A DNA stretch of 30,852 nucleotides, from positions 1 to 30,852 of IMG/VR virus record IMGVR_UViG_3300026484_000176, one strand, 5' to 3'. The number at the start of each line of letters is the position of its first letter. Position 1 is the first letter of the stretch. A program made the translations under genes and the position numbers. Source of the stretch: a virus. Lineage: Duplodnaviria > Caudoviricetes. The notes below the pieces were generated by a model that made no database searches, was not told where the DNA came from, and saw only the letters and a list, made by a program, of their open reading frames with translations. This document shows, piece by piece, positions 1 to 7,794 of the stretch.

Positions 1-127
1 AATATTAAAATCATTTTCCAAAATTATTCTATTTAAGTTTGTCATTGTGTGTCCTTTTTATTTTGTTTTTTATAAGTTGATTTATGAGTTTTTCAACTTA
101 TGTATTGTTATTATAATGTTTTTTTTT
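1..127. repeat. Terminal direct repeat (circular assembly overlap), copy 1
   Basis: 1-127 is identical to 30726-30852; 127 bp equals a common maximal assembler k-mer, so the contig is probably a closed circle of 30,725 bp. Confidence 0.95.
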
Positions 128-141
128 ATTTTTTGTTTTAA
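47..141 (-). promoter_or_regulatory. Early promoter/leader cassette driving ORF 30770..30321 across the circular junction
   Basis: Minus strand: TTAAAA (136-141), 20 nt, TATAAT (110-115), inverted repeat ATAAGTTGA-N12-TCAACTTAT (72-101), AAGGA RBS, then ATG. Confidence 0.75.
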
Positions 142-299
142 TTTTAAAAGAATTTATAATTTTTTTAGATTTTTATTTATTGAGGATAGAATGCACAATA
201 TATTATCACATAAAAAAAGGACAAACTTAAAAAATGCAATAATATATTGGGGTTGTAGTGCAAGTGTAGTAGATACACTGTTTATAGTATATCATAAAA

Positions 300-383
300 T
301 TATTTTTTTATTATTCTTTTTTTTGAAATTTCATAATATTCTTCATTTATTAATCTTACTTTATCTGTTTCTTCTTCTTTCAT
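300..383 (-). CDS. Small hypothetical protein (27 aa, MKEEETDKVRLINEEYYEISKKRIIKK)
   Basis: Not in the ORF track; TAATG stop/start coupling with the upstream ORF and an AAGGA RBS. Confidence 0.45.
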   Translation of the reverse strand: MKEEETDKVRLINEEYYEISKKRIIKK

Positions 384-703
384 TATTTGTCCTTTGTTAT
401 TTTTAATGTTATTCTATAAATGTTAGCTTTGTATACTTGATTTTCTCTTTCATTATAATTAAAAACGTCTTTTTTTATTCTTCTTACATTTAAAGAAAAA
501 TATTTATATTCTTTTAAATTTTCAATCTTTCTTAATTCTTTTAAAAAAGTTAAATTAAGATATTCTTTAAAATCTTCCTCTCTTAATGTATCATTTAATA
601 ACACAGAAAAAATTTTATATTTTTCTGTATCATTAATTTTTTTATTTTTTAATTTAAATTTTTTTTTAATTTCTGAACTTAATAGTTCTTTTAAATTTTT
701 CAT
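383..703 (-). CDS. Hypothetical protein
   Basis: 106 aa ORF with AAGGA RBS, coupled (TAATG) to its neighbours. Confidence 0.75.
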   Translation of the reverse strand: MKNLKELLSSEIKKKFKLKNKKINDTEKYKIFSVLLNDTLREEDFKEYLNLTFLKELRKIENLKEYKYFSLNVRRIKKDVFNYNERENQVYKANIYRITLKITKDK

Positions 704-936
704 TATTGTCCTTTTGTATTTAAATCATTATAATACCAAGATTTTTTATCAACATTATAAACAAATAATCCACAACTAATTAAAGTGTTTTTTGGAAGAT
801 TTGAAAGAAATTTATCTTTAATATGTTCTTTTTGTGGTATTGAACTACAAATAACATTATTATTTATTTTAATTAACTTTGCTGAACTTATTGTTGATAT
901 TAATGTTAATAACATTATTAAAACTATTTTTTTCAT
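703..936 (-). CDS. Small exported/membrane hypothetical protein
   Basis: MKK + hydrophobic stretch + SSA cleavage-like site; AAGGA RBS; two Cys. Confidence 0.7.
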   Translation of the reverse strand: MKKIVLIMLLTLISTISSAKLIKINNNVICSSIPQKEHIKDKFLSNLPKNTLISCGLFVYNVDKKSWYYNDLNTKGQ

Positions 937-968
937 TGTTTATCCTTTTTTTTGTTTTGTTTATATAA

Positions 969-1502
969 TTAGTATATCATTTTATTTAATATTTTTTTAA
1001 TACCAGAAGTTATTGTTGTATTTTCTTTCTCTATAAAATTTAATAACTTGGCACATTCACTTTTGCTAATGTTTTTTTCTAAAAGATTAATATTTAAAAT
1101 TTTTAAAAATTCTTCTTTGTTATATTCTTCATTACAGTAATTATTTTTACTTTGTGAAGTATCTTCATATTCAACTTTTTTAATTTTTTTTGATTCACCA
1201 GACTTTTTATATTCTTTATACATTTTGTTTCTATCAATTTTAACAATTTGATTAACACTAATAAGATTATGTATATTTATTTCTAAATATTTATTTATAT
1301 AACCAAATAAAGAAGATTTCTCTCCTTTTGATTTGTAATTTAATGCTAATTTATATGCTGTTAAATAACATTCATTATAAATATCTTCATAAGAATACAT
1401 TAAATTATTATTTCTATATTTATAAGCTATTTTCCTGAATAGTTTTGAATAATTATTATAAATATGTTCTTGTAAATCTTCTGTTTTTATTTCTGTTTTC
1501 AT
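969..1502 (-). CDS. Sigma70 region-2-like protein
   Basis: YSKLFRKIAYKY...SYEDIYNECYLTAYKLALNY...SSLFGYI...QIVKI resembles sigma region 2; region 4 not evident. Confidence 0.6.
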   Translation of the reverse strand: MKTEIKTEDLQEHIYNNYSKLFRKIAYKYRNNNLMYSYEDIYNECYLTAYKLALNYKSKGEKSSLFGYINKYLEINIHNLISVNQIVKIDRNKMYKEYKKSGESKKIKKVEYEDTSQSKNNYCNEEYNKEEFLKILNINLLEKNISKSECAKLLNFIEKENTTITSGIKKILNKMIY

Positions 1503-1720
1503 TATTTGTCCTTTGATAAAACTTCTATTGTTTCTTTTGCAATTACATCTTCTAAATCTACATATTCAACAGGTCCAAAATGTTTTCCTGGTATTTCTAC
1601 ATTTATTGAATATCTTACATAATCCTTATCACATTCTGCAAAAGGTGTAGTTGTTGCCATTAAAAACTCAGGTTCTATATATCCTTTTCTAGGTAAATCT
1701 ATATACATTCTAATTTTCAT
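1502..1720 (-). CDS. Hypothetical protein
   Basis: 72 aa ORF with AAGGA RBS, TAATG-coupled to the sigma-like gene. Confidence 0.75.
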   Translation of the reverse strand: MKIRMYIDLPRKGYIEPEFLMATTTPFAECDKDYVRYSINVEIPGKHFGPVEYVDLEDVIAKETIEVLSKDK

Positions 1721-1882
1721 TGTTTATCCTTTAAAGTTGTTCAAAATAATTAAAAAAATTATTTTCTTTATGTTTTAAATATTTAGCATAAAAACTATTT
1801 TCGAATTTTGTATCATTATAAAAATTTTTTTTATACATCACTTTTTTAAGTAATGTATAATATTTATTTATTATATAATTTC

Positions 1883-2338
1883 TTATTTTGTTATACATCT
1901 GCTTATTCCTTTAATGTTCATTATATTGTCAATAATTAGACCTAATATTATCTCTTCTATTGTTTCAGTAGTATTTACACAATCTTGCAATTGATATGAA
2001 TTTATTTCTGCTATTTCTGCTATTTCTTTTCTTATAAATTTTAAATCTTTTTTATCTTCAAAATTTATTTTTTTATTTAATGAAATAGAATATAAACTAA
2101 GTAAAGATTTAGATATATTTATAGTTGTTCTTTTATTTTCTATATATATATTTATTTTTAATTTATTCTTTTTAGTTCTTTTTCTTAACTCTTTTGTTCT
2201 TTTTTCTTTTTTCTTTTCTTGTTTTTTTATTTCTTTATTATGTTTTTCTTCTAATTCTAGAAGAATTCCTAAGTTTGCTGAACTTCTTGAAATTAATTCA
2301 CTTAATTCCTGTGCTTTTTCTAATATTGGTGTTCTCAT
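1883..2338 (-). CDS. Hypothetical protein, possible ribbon-helix-helix-like DNA binder
   Basis: Own promoter cassette and RBS; Lys-rich linker followed by IYIENKRTTINISKSLL, reminiscent of an RHH beta strand (weak). Confidence 0.6.
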   Translation of the reverse strand: MRTPILEKAQELSELISRSSANLGILLELEEKHNKEIKKQEKKKEKRTKELRKRTKKNKLKINIYIENKRTTINISKSLLSLYSISLNKKINFEDKKDLKFIRKEIAEIAEINSYQLQDCVNTTETIEEIILGLIIDNIMNIKGISRCITK

Positions 2339-2435
2339 TGTTTATCCTTTTTTTGTTTTGTTTTTATAAGTTGATTTATGAGTTTTTCAACTTATCTACT
2401 ATTATTATAATGTTTTTTTTTATTTTTTGTTTTAA
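2339..2435 (-). promoter_or_regulatory. Early promoter/leader cassette
   Basis: TTAAAA (2430-2435)-N20-TATAAT (2404-2409); inverted repeat 2366-2395; AAGGA; near-identical to 47-141. Confidence 0.75.
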
Positions 2436-2779
2436 TTTTTGATAAATTTCAAAATTTTATTTTTTTCATAGTCATAATGTATATTACAAATATTTAAACT
2501 ATCATATTTATAGTTAATATTAAAGAAATTATGTCTAAAATCATATTCAAAATAAATATCAAATCCTTCTATATTTGTTTCTAAATGATGTTTAAGTTCT
2601 TCTTTACTAAATATTAATTTGAATTTATTTTTTAAAACTTCTGTTTCACTTAAATTTTTATCTAACATATAACAAAAGATTTCTTTTATTCTTTTTATGT
2701 TATCTATTAAATGTTTATCAGTAAAAATCTGATTTGCCTTTATTTCTTTTTGTTTTTGTATTTCTTTGTATAATTCCAT
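2432..2779 (-). CDS. Hypothetical protein
   Basis: 115 aa ORF with own promoter cassette and RBS. Confidence 0.75.
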   Translation of the reverse strand: MELYKEIQKQKEIKANQIFTDKHLIDNIKRIKEIFCYMLDKNLSETEVLKNKFKLIFSKEELKHHLETNIEGFDIYFEYDFRHNFFNINYKYDSLNICNIHYDYEKNKILKFIKN

Positions 2780-2877
2780 TTTGTGTCCTTTTTGTTTTAA
2801 TTTTTGATAAGCTGAATGTTTTACTTTTCAACTTATCTACTATTATTATAATAGTTTTTTATTTTTTGTTTTCTTAA
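2780..2877 (-). promoter_or_regulatory. Early promoter/leader cassette
   Basis: TTAAGA (2872-2877)-N21-TATAAT (2845-2850); inverted repeat 2807-2836; AAGGA. Confidence 0.75.
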
Positions 2878-2896
2878 TTTTAAAGAAATTTAAAAA

Positions 2897-3142
2897 TTAT
2901 TTCTTTATATCTTGTTTTTTAGAAGAATATCTGACTTTTGTTTTTAACATAATTTGAATTTCTTCAACCATTAATAAAATTTGATTTATATTTCTATAAT
3001 CTTTTAATAATAACTCATAATCTTCTTGTTCTAATTCTTTTACTGTTGTGAAATTACTTAATTTATATATTTGTTCTATTTCTTCTTTTATTTGTTCTAA
3101 GTCTCTTGTTTGTTGTTCTATTTCCATTTGTTCATAATGCAT
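2897..3142 (-). CDS. Hypothetical coiled-coil protein
   Basis: 81 aa ORF, first gene of the leftward arm, with own cassette. Confidence 0.75.
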   Translation of the reverse strand: MHYEQMEIEQQTRDLEQIKEEIEQIYKLSNFTTVKELEQEDYELLLKDYRNINQILLMVEEIQIMLKTKVRYSSKKQDIKK

Positions 3143-3238
3143 TGTTTATCCTTTTTTGTTTTGTTTTTATAAGTTGATTTATTAGATTTTCAACTTATCT
3201 ACTATTATTATAATAGATTTTTTTTATTTTCATCTTAA
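3143..3238 (-). promoter_or_regulatory. Early promoter/leader cassette
   Basis: TTAAGA (3233-3238)-N20-TATAAT (3207-3212); inverted repeat 3169-3198; AAGGA. Confidence 0.75.
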
Positions 3239-3274
3239 TTTTAAAAGAATTTGCAAATTTATAAATTATTTCAA

Positions 3275-3710
3275 GATGTAACCTTTTTTGTAACCTCTAT
3301 ACTTCCCTATATTCTGGGCTTTATGGACTGTTTTGGACTGTTGTTATTTTTTAGATGTAACCTTTTTGTAACCTTTTTGTAACCTCTGAAAGTTCCTGAT
3401 GTAGGGCTCTTCAAGTGTTTTGCTTGTTAAAATGTCTAAATTTTTTAGTTTTACTCTTATAAAATATAGTACACATAATTTATTTTTTTTTTAGTTATTT
3501 TAGTATATATTGAAAATTTATATGTTAAAAAACCTTATGAAAGTACATAATATAGGGAAGTATAGAGGTTACAAAAAAGGTTACAAAAAGGTTACATCTA
3601 TATTTTAACCATTCTCCAGCAAAACACTCGAACAGCCCTCGCCAGAGTGAAAAACTAAGCATGTCGAAAAGGTTACAAAAAGGTTACATCAGCAATAAAA
3701 TCATGTAACC
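3275..3710. repeat. Head-to-head GTAACC/GGTTAC iteron array with long inverted repeat; candidate replication origin
   Basis: GTAACC at 3278, 3290, 3357, 3368, 3379, 3705; GGTTAC at 3567, 3579, 3590, 3671, 3682; 11-12 bp spacing; about 3277-3313 is the reverse complement of 3549-3585; AT-rich centre; sits at the coding-strand switch. Repeat is seen directly, function is inferred. Confidence 0.75.
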
Positions 3711-4091
3711 TACTGATTAAAAAATAGGCAAAAACACCACTCGAGAGCAATAATTTTCAAATTTTGAAAGTTCCACGGATTTTTTTTATAACGGAAAATA
3801 ACAAAAAATAACAGAAATGAAAAATTAACGGAAAATAACAAAAATTAACATTAACGAAAAAAAACATTACATTCAGAAAAAATTTTCAAATTTTAAAAAT
3901 TTCCAAAAAGTGAAAAATTAAAAAACCAAAAAAATAAAAATGTTTTGAAAAATTAAAAATTAACAAAAGCTAACAAAAAAAAATATTAACAAAAAATAAC
4001 GAACAGGACATCCAGAAAAAATTTTCAAATTTCAAAATTTCACATGAACTTTTTTAGAAAACTTTAGGAACTTTTTTCGTGCAAAAAATTT

Positions 4092-4106
4092 TGATAATGA
4101 TTATCA
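4092..4106. promoter_or_regulatory. Fur-box-like palindrome
   Basis: TGATAATGATTATCA, perfect 7-1-7 Fur consensus. Confidence 0.7.
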
Positions 4107-4166
4107 ATATCGATTAAAAAAACAGGACATCCAGAAAAAATTTTCAAATTTCAAAATTTAGCAAAA

Positions 4167-4199
4167 TTAAGAGAACATTTTTTAAAAATCTATTATAAT
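4167..4199 (+). promoter_or_regulatory. Rightward promoter upstream of terS
   Basis: TTAAGA-N21-TATAAT, lying between the two 112-bp repeats. Confidence 0.6.
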
Positions 4200-4285
4200 G
4201 TATATTCAGAAAAAATTTTCAAATTTCAAAATTTCACATGAACTTTTTTAGAAAACTTTAGGAACTTTTTTCGTGCAAAAAATTT

Positions 4286-4300
4286 TGATAATGATTATCA
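4286..4300. promoter_or_regulatory. Fur-box-like palindrome
   Basis: TGATAATGATTATCA. Confidence 0.7.
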
Positions 4301-4342
4301 ATATCGATTAAAAAAACATTGCATTCAGAAATAATTTTCAAA

Positions 4343-4357
4343 TGATAATGATTATCA
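4343..4357. promoter_or_regulatory. Fur-box-like palindrome
   Basis: TGATAATGATTATCA directly after motif A (4326-4342), about 70 bp before terS. Confidence 0.7.
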
Positions 4358-4429
4358 AAAATAAATTTATAATATTATTAAAAAATAAGAAAAGAAAAAA
4401 ATATTTTAAAAATCAAAAAGGGATAAAAA

Positions 4430-4927
4430 ATGTCAAAAAAAATTTTATTAATTGAAGAACTAGAACAAAAAAACTTAATAAAAATTGCAAAAGAATATTG
4501 TTTAAATGGTTTTGATATTGTTTCAGCATATAAGACATTTATAAGCAAATCAGTATATAAGACAGATAAGAAAGCAAAAGAGAGAAGCGAAATTATTTCT
4601 GAATATACAGAGTTTAAAAACTATATAGAAGACTTTAAAGGAGATATAAAAGAACTTTATAGAGACACTACAATAGAGACAATATCAAAGCTAAGAGAGA
4701 TTATATTAAATGAATATTATGAGAAATATGATGTAATAAAAGATACTAAGACATTAGAACATAAAGACATTAAGTATAAATCTTCTATACCATTTACAGA
4801 CAAGCTAAGAGCCATAGAAACGCTAATAAAGCTATCTAAATTAGTAGAAGATGGAGAAGAAGATAAAGATACAAATAACACTATATTTAATTTTTATACA
4901 AAAGATTTAAACAAAAAGAAAAAATAA
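4430..4927 (+). CDS. terS: Terminase small subunit
   Basis: Directly upstream of TerL; N-terminal KEYCLNGFDIVSAY helix-turn-helix-like segment and DKLRAIETLIK resembling TerS C-terminal motif. Confidence 0.7.
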   Translation: MSKKILLIEELEQKNLIKIAKEYCLNGFDIVSAYKTFISKSVYKTDKKAKERSEIISEYTEFKNYIEDFKGDIKELYRDTTIETISKLREIILNEYYEKYDVIKDTKTLEHKDIKYKSSIPFTDKLRAIETLIKLSKLVEDGEEDKDTNNTIFNFYTKDLNKKKK

Positions 4928-4992
4928 TTTTTTTTAACATTATATAAAGAAATAATTTTTGAATTTAAAAATTTTTTCCAGATGTCATTAAA

Positions 4993-5025
4993 ATAAGAAG
5001 ACATTTTTTTTTAAAGTGTTATAAT
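4993..5025 (+). promoter_or_regulatory. Promoter upstream of terL
   Basis: ATAAGA-N21-TATAAT with TG extension (TGTTATAAT). Confidence 0.55.
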
Positions 5026-5066
5026 ATATATAAGAAAAGAAAAGGTTTTTAAAAGGAAAAAAATTT

Positions 5067-6347
5067 ATGAATACTCAAGAACTTTATCCATTATCTGAAA
5101 TATCACAACAAGTATGGGAAGAACAAGATAAATATAAGATACAATGCTTACAAGGAGCAGTTAGAAGTTCTAAATCATTTACTGCAAATATAATTTTTTT
5201 AAATAAATTAAAGAATAAAAAAGGAAATGTATTAATATCAGGATTTAGTGCAGATAGTGCAAAAAAGAATATATTACCAGAACTTGAAGAATTATTAAAT
5301 GTAGAATTTGAAGGACATAATAGCACAAAAGGAGAATATTTCAGCATACCTTTAAAAGAGTTTAGACATATAAAACTATATGTTAAAGGTGCAGGAAAGA
5401 ATGGAGATGAGAAAAAAATTCAAGGTATTACACTACTTGGTTGGTTAGCTGATGAAGTAGCAACATATTCAAAACCATTTTTTGATATGACATTAACAAG
5501 ACTAAGTATGTCAAATAGTTTTGCTATATGGACATTAAATCCAGAGAGTCCTTCACATTGGTTAAAGAAATGGTTAGATAAACAAGAAGAGATAAAAGAT
5601 AATAAATATATAAAAAATTATTATTATAAATTAGATGATAACTTATCATTAACAGAAGAATATAAGAATGAATTAAAAACAAGTTTCAGTGGTCATTTTT
5701 ATGATAGAATGGTTTTAGGAAAATGGGCAGTTGGAGAAGGATTAATATTTAATATAGATAAAGTTAAATTTGTAAAACAACAAGACATTCAGAAAAAATT
5801 TTCAAATATCCCAAAATTTTTATATGAAGATTATGTTGCAATAGATTTTGGAACTACTAATTATACAAGTTTTTTACATATAAGAAAACATATACCAAAA
5901 GAGATATATATAGATGAAGAAAAAGATAATGAAAGATATGCAGAATATTATATAATAAAAGAATTTTATAAGAATAAATTAAGTCCATCACAATATGTAA
6001 AAGAGTTAGAAGAGTTTATAAAAGATATAAATGTAATACAGATAATAATAGATCCAGCTTCTGCACATTTTAAACAAGAAGTCAAACAATCAGAATATAT
6101 AATGAAAAAGACAGAATTAAGAAGTGCAAAGAATGATGTCAAAAAAGGAATTTTATTAACCCAAAGATTTATAGAGAATGGATTATTAACAATATCAGAG
6201 GAATGTAAGAACTTAAAAGATGAATTAGGAGGATATAGCTGGGATGAAAAGAAGATAGATACACCTATAAAAGAGAATGACCATGCAGTTGATGCAATGA
6301 GATATGGAATATTTACAACTTCATCATTTACTTATGAAAGTTTATAA
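5067..6347 (+). CDS. terL: Terminase large subunit (PBSX/SPP1-like)
   Basis: Walker A GAVRSSKS, Walker B WLADE, coupling motif TLNP, nuclease residues IDFG, DPA, DHAVDAMRY. Confidence 0.95.
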   Translation: MNTQELYPLSEISQQVWEEQDKYKIQCLQGAVRSSKSFTANIIFLNKLKNKKGNVLISGFSADSAKKNILPELEELLNVEFEGHNSTKGEYFSIPLKEFRHIKLYVKGAGKNGDEKKIQGITLLGWLADEVATYSKPFFDMTLTRLSMSNSFAIWTLNPESPSHWLKKWLDKQEEIKDNKYIKNYYYKLDDNLSLTEEYKNELKTSFSGHFYDRMVLGKWAVGEGLIFNIDKVKFVKQQDIQKKFSNIPKFLYEDYVAIDFGTTNYTSFLHIRKHIPKEIYIDEEKDNERYAEYYIIKEFYKNKLSPSQYVKELEEFIKDINVIQIIIDPASAHFKQEVKQSEYIMKKTELRSAKNDVKKGILLTQRFIENGLLTISEECKNLKDELGGYSWDEKKIDTPIKENDHAVDAMRYGIFTTSSFTYESL

Positions 6348-6355
6348 ATATATTT

Positions 6356-6370
6356 TGATAATCATTATCA
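6356..6370. promoter_or_regulatory. Fur-box-like palindrome (inverted composite element)
   Basis: TGATAATCATTATCA followed by the reverse complement of motif A (6371-6390). Confidence 0.7.
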
Positions 6371-6439
6371 TTTAAAAATTTTTACCGTATATTCAGAAAA
6401 AATTTACAAATTTACAAATTTTTTAAAAATTTAGCAAAA

Positions 6440-6472
6440 TTAAGAATAAAAAAATTTTTTTTCTATTATAAT
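6440..6472 (+). promoter_or_regulatory. Promoter of early-cassette type
   Basis: TTAAGA-N21-TATAAT then ATAAGTTGAAA half-site (6481) and AAGGA. Confidence 0.65.
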
Positions 6473-6526
6473 ATAAGTATATAAGTTGAAAGACTTAAAG
6501 AAAAAACAAAAAAAAAGGACAAAAAA

Positions 6527-6862
6527 ATGAAAAACTTAATAAAAGAATTAACAAACAAAGTAAATAAAATAAACGCAATAAACGATAAAATAGAAAATTT
6601 TAGAGCTGATATGCTTCCAAGAGATAAATTTATATTTGGATTAGAAGAAGAAGAATTAACAATAACAATTGAAAATCCTTATAAAGATTCAAAATTTTCT
6701 TTATCAATAGTTAAAGAAGAAGAAAACAAAGAAAGATTTAATAAAGCTTTTAATAAATTATTAGAAGATTTAACAGAAGAAGAGTTAAGCGAACAACTTT
6801 GGGAAATAATATATGTTTTCTATACTTTTAATAATAATTATGAATTAGTTGAAAGATACTAA
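6527..6862 (+). CDS. Hypothetical protein
   Basis: 111 aa acidic ORF with strong RBS and own promoter. Confidence 0.8.
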   Translation: MKNLIKELTNKVNKINAINDKIENFRADMLPRDKFIFGLEEEELTITIENPYKDSKFSLSIVKEEENKERFNKAFNKLLEDLTEEELSEQLWEIIYVFYTFNNNYELVERY

Positions 6863-7011
6863 TCCATAATTTTAAAAAATTTTTTTTAAAATGTTATAAT
6901 TAAACAAGACATTCAGAAATAATTTTTGAATTTAAAAATTTCTTTAAAATAAGAACAAAAAAAATAAAAAAACATTATAATAAATAATGAAAAGAAAAGG
7001 AAACAAAAAAA

Positions 7012-7371
7012 ATGAAAATTAATTTTAAATGTTGTATGACTTGTAATATTGTAAAAGATATTAAACATTTCAATAAAAACAATAGACATTGTAAAAAATG
7101 TATAGCAAAAAAAATTAAACAAAAAAGACAAGAAACAAAAAAACATTTATTAAAAAGAAGAGGAAACAAATGTGAAGACTGTGGATTAGAATATGATGGA
7201 GAGAATATTTATTATTTTACATTTCATCATGTAAAACCAGAAGAAAAAAAATTTGAATTATCAGCAAATAAAAATTATTCTTTAAAAGAATTAGAAGAAG
7301 AAGCAGACAAATGTATAATATTATGCCACAATTGCCACAATAAATATCATTATATAAATGGATTTAAATAA
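7012..7371 (+). CDS. Zn-binding HNH endonuclease
   Basis: CxxC pairs, CEDCG...FHH...KCIILCHNCH; own promoter ATAAGA-N21-TATAAT at 6949-6981. Confidence 0.85.
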   Translation: MKINFKCCMTCNIVKDIKHFNKNNRHCKKCIAKKIKQKRQETKKHLLKRRGNKCEDCGLEYDGENIYYFTFHHVKPEEKKFELSANKNYSLKELEEEADKCIILCHNCHNKYHYINGFK

Positions 7372-7511
7372 TTAATGACATCCAGAAATAATTTTCAAAT
7401 TTCAAAATTTAGCAAAATTAAGAACAAAAAAAATAAAAATCTATTATAATCAAAATCAAAATTATTTTTGTAATATAATTAAAAATAAAATATTACAAAA
7501 GGTATTAAAAA

Positions 7512-7793
7512 ATGAAAGAAGAAAAAAAGGATTTTTGTACTTTATTTTTTGAAAATTATCGAGGTGTATATATTGGAGATTGTTGCAAAAAGCACGATAT
7601 AGAGTGTGGATTTTCAGGTTCTTACAGTATTAAAAAATCAATAGATATATTTTATAATTGTTTAATAAATAAAATAGATAAGTTTTCTGCTATAATGATA
7701 ACAGCAGGTGGAACAATAGGATACATTGTAAAATATCCTTATTTATTTATAAGAAAATATAAATATAGAAAAAAAATTTTAAAGGAAAAATAA
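7512..7793 (+). CDS. Phospholipase A2-like small protein
   Basis: DFCT...DCCKKHD matches the CCxxHD secreted-PLA2 catalytic signature; promoter TTAAGA-N21-TATAAT at 7418-7450. Confidence 0.55.
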   Translation: MKEEKKDFCTLFFENYRGVYIGDCCKKHDIECGFSGSYSIKKSIDIFYNCLINKIDKFSAIMITAGGTIGYIVKYPYLFIRKYKYRKKILKEK

Positions 7794-7794
7794 T

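Larger units (their letters stand above)
4013..4318 (+). repeat. 112-bp direct repeat (4013-4124 and 4207-4318), each copy holding motif A and a Fur-like box
   Basis: Exact duplication at 194-bp offset. Confidence 0.9.

Noticed and set aside
1-127. Biological terminal repeat of the virion DNA
   Set aside because: Exactly 127 bp, cuts through a gene and matches an assembler k-mer overlap; more likely a circularisation artefact.
248-295. tRNA gene
   Set aside because: The 5' end loosely resembles a tRNA start, but there is no T-loop (TTCRA), acceptor-stem partner or CCA.
47-406. + strand ORF of 119 aa (also 785..1000 and 2194..2442)
   Set aside because: Phe/Leu-rich shadows of A-rich minus-strand genes and promoter cassettes; the similarity between 47..406 and 2194..2442 only reflects the repeated cassette.
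3860-4360. CRISPR array
   Set aside because: Repeats are irregularly spaced, one intervening segment is itself duplicated, spacers are not unique or of constant length, and no cas genes are present.
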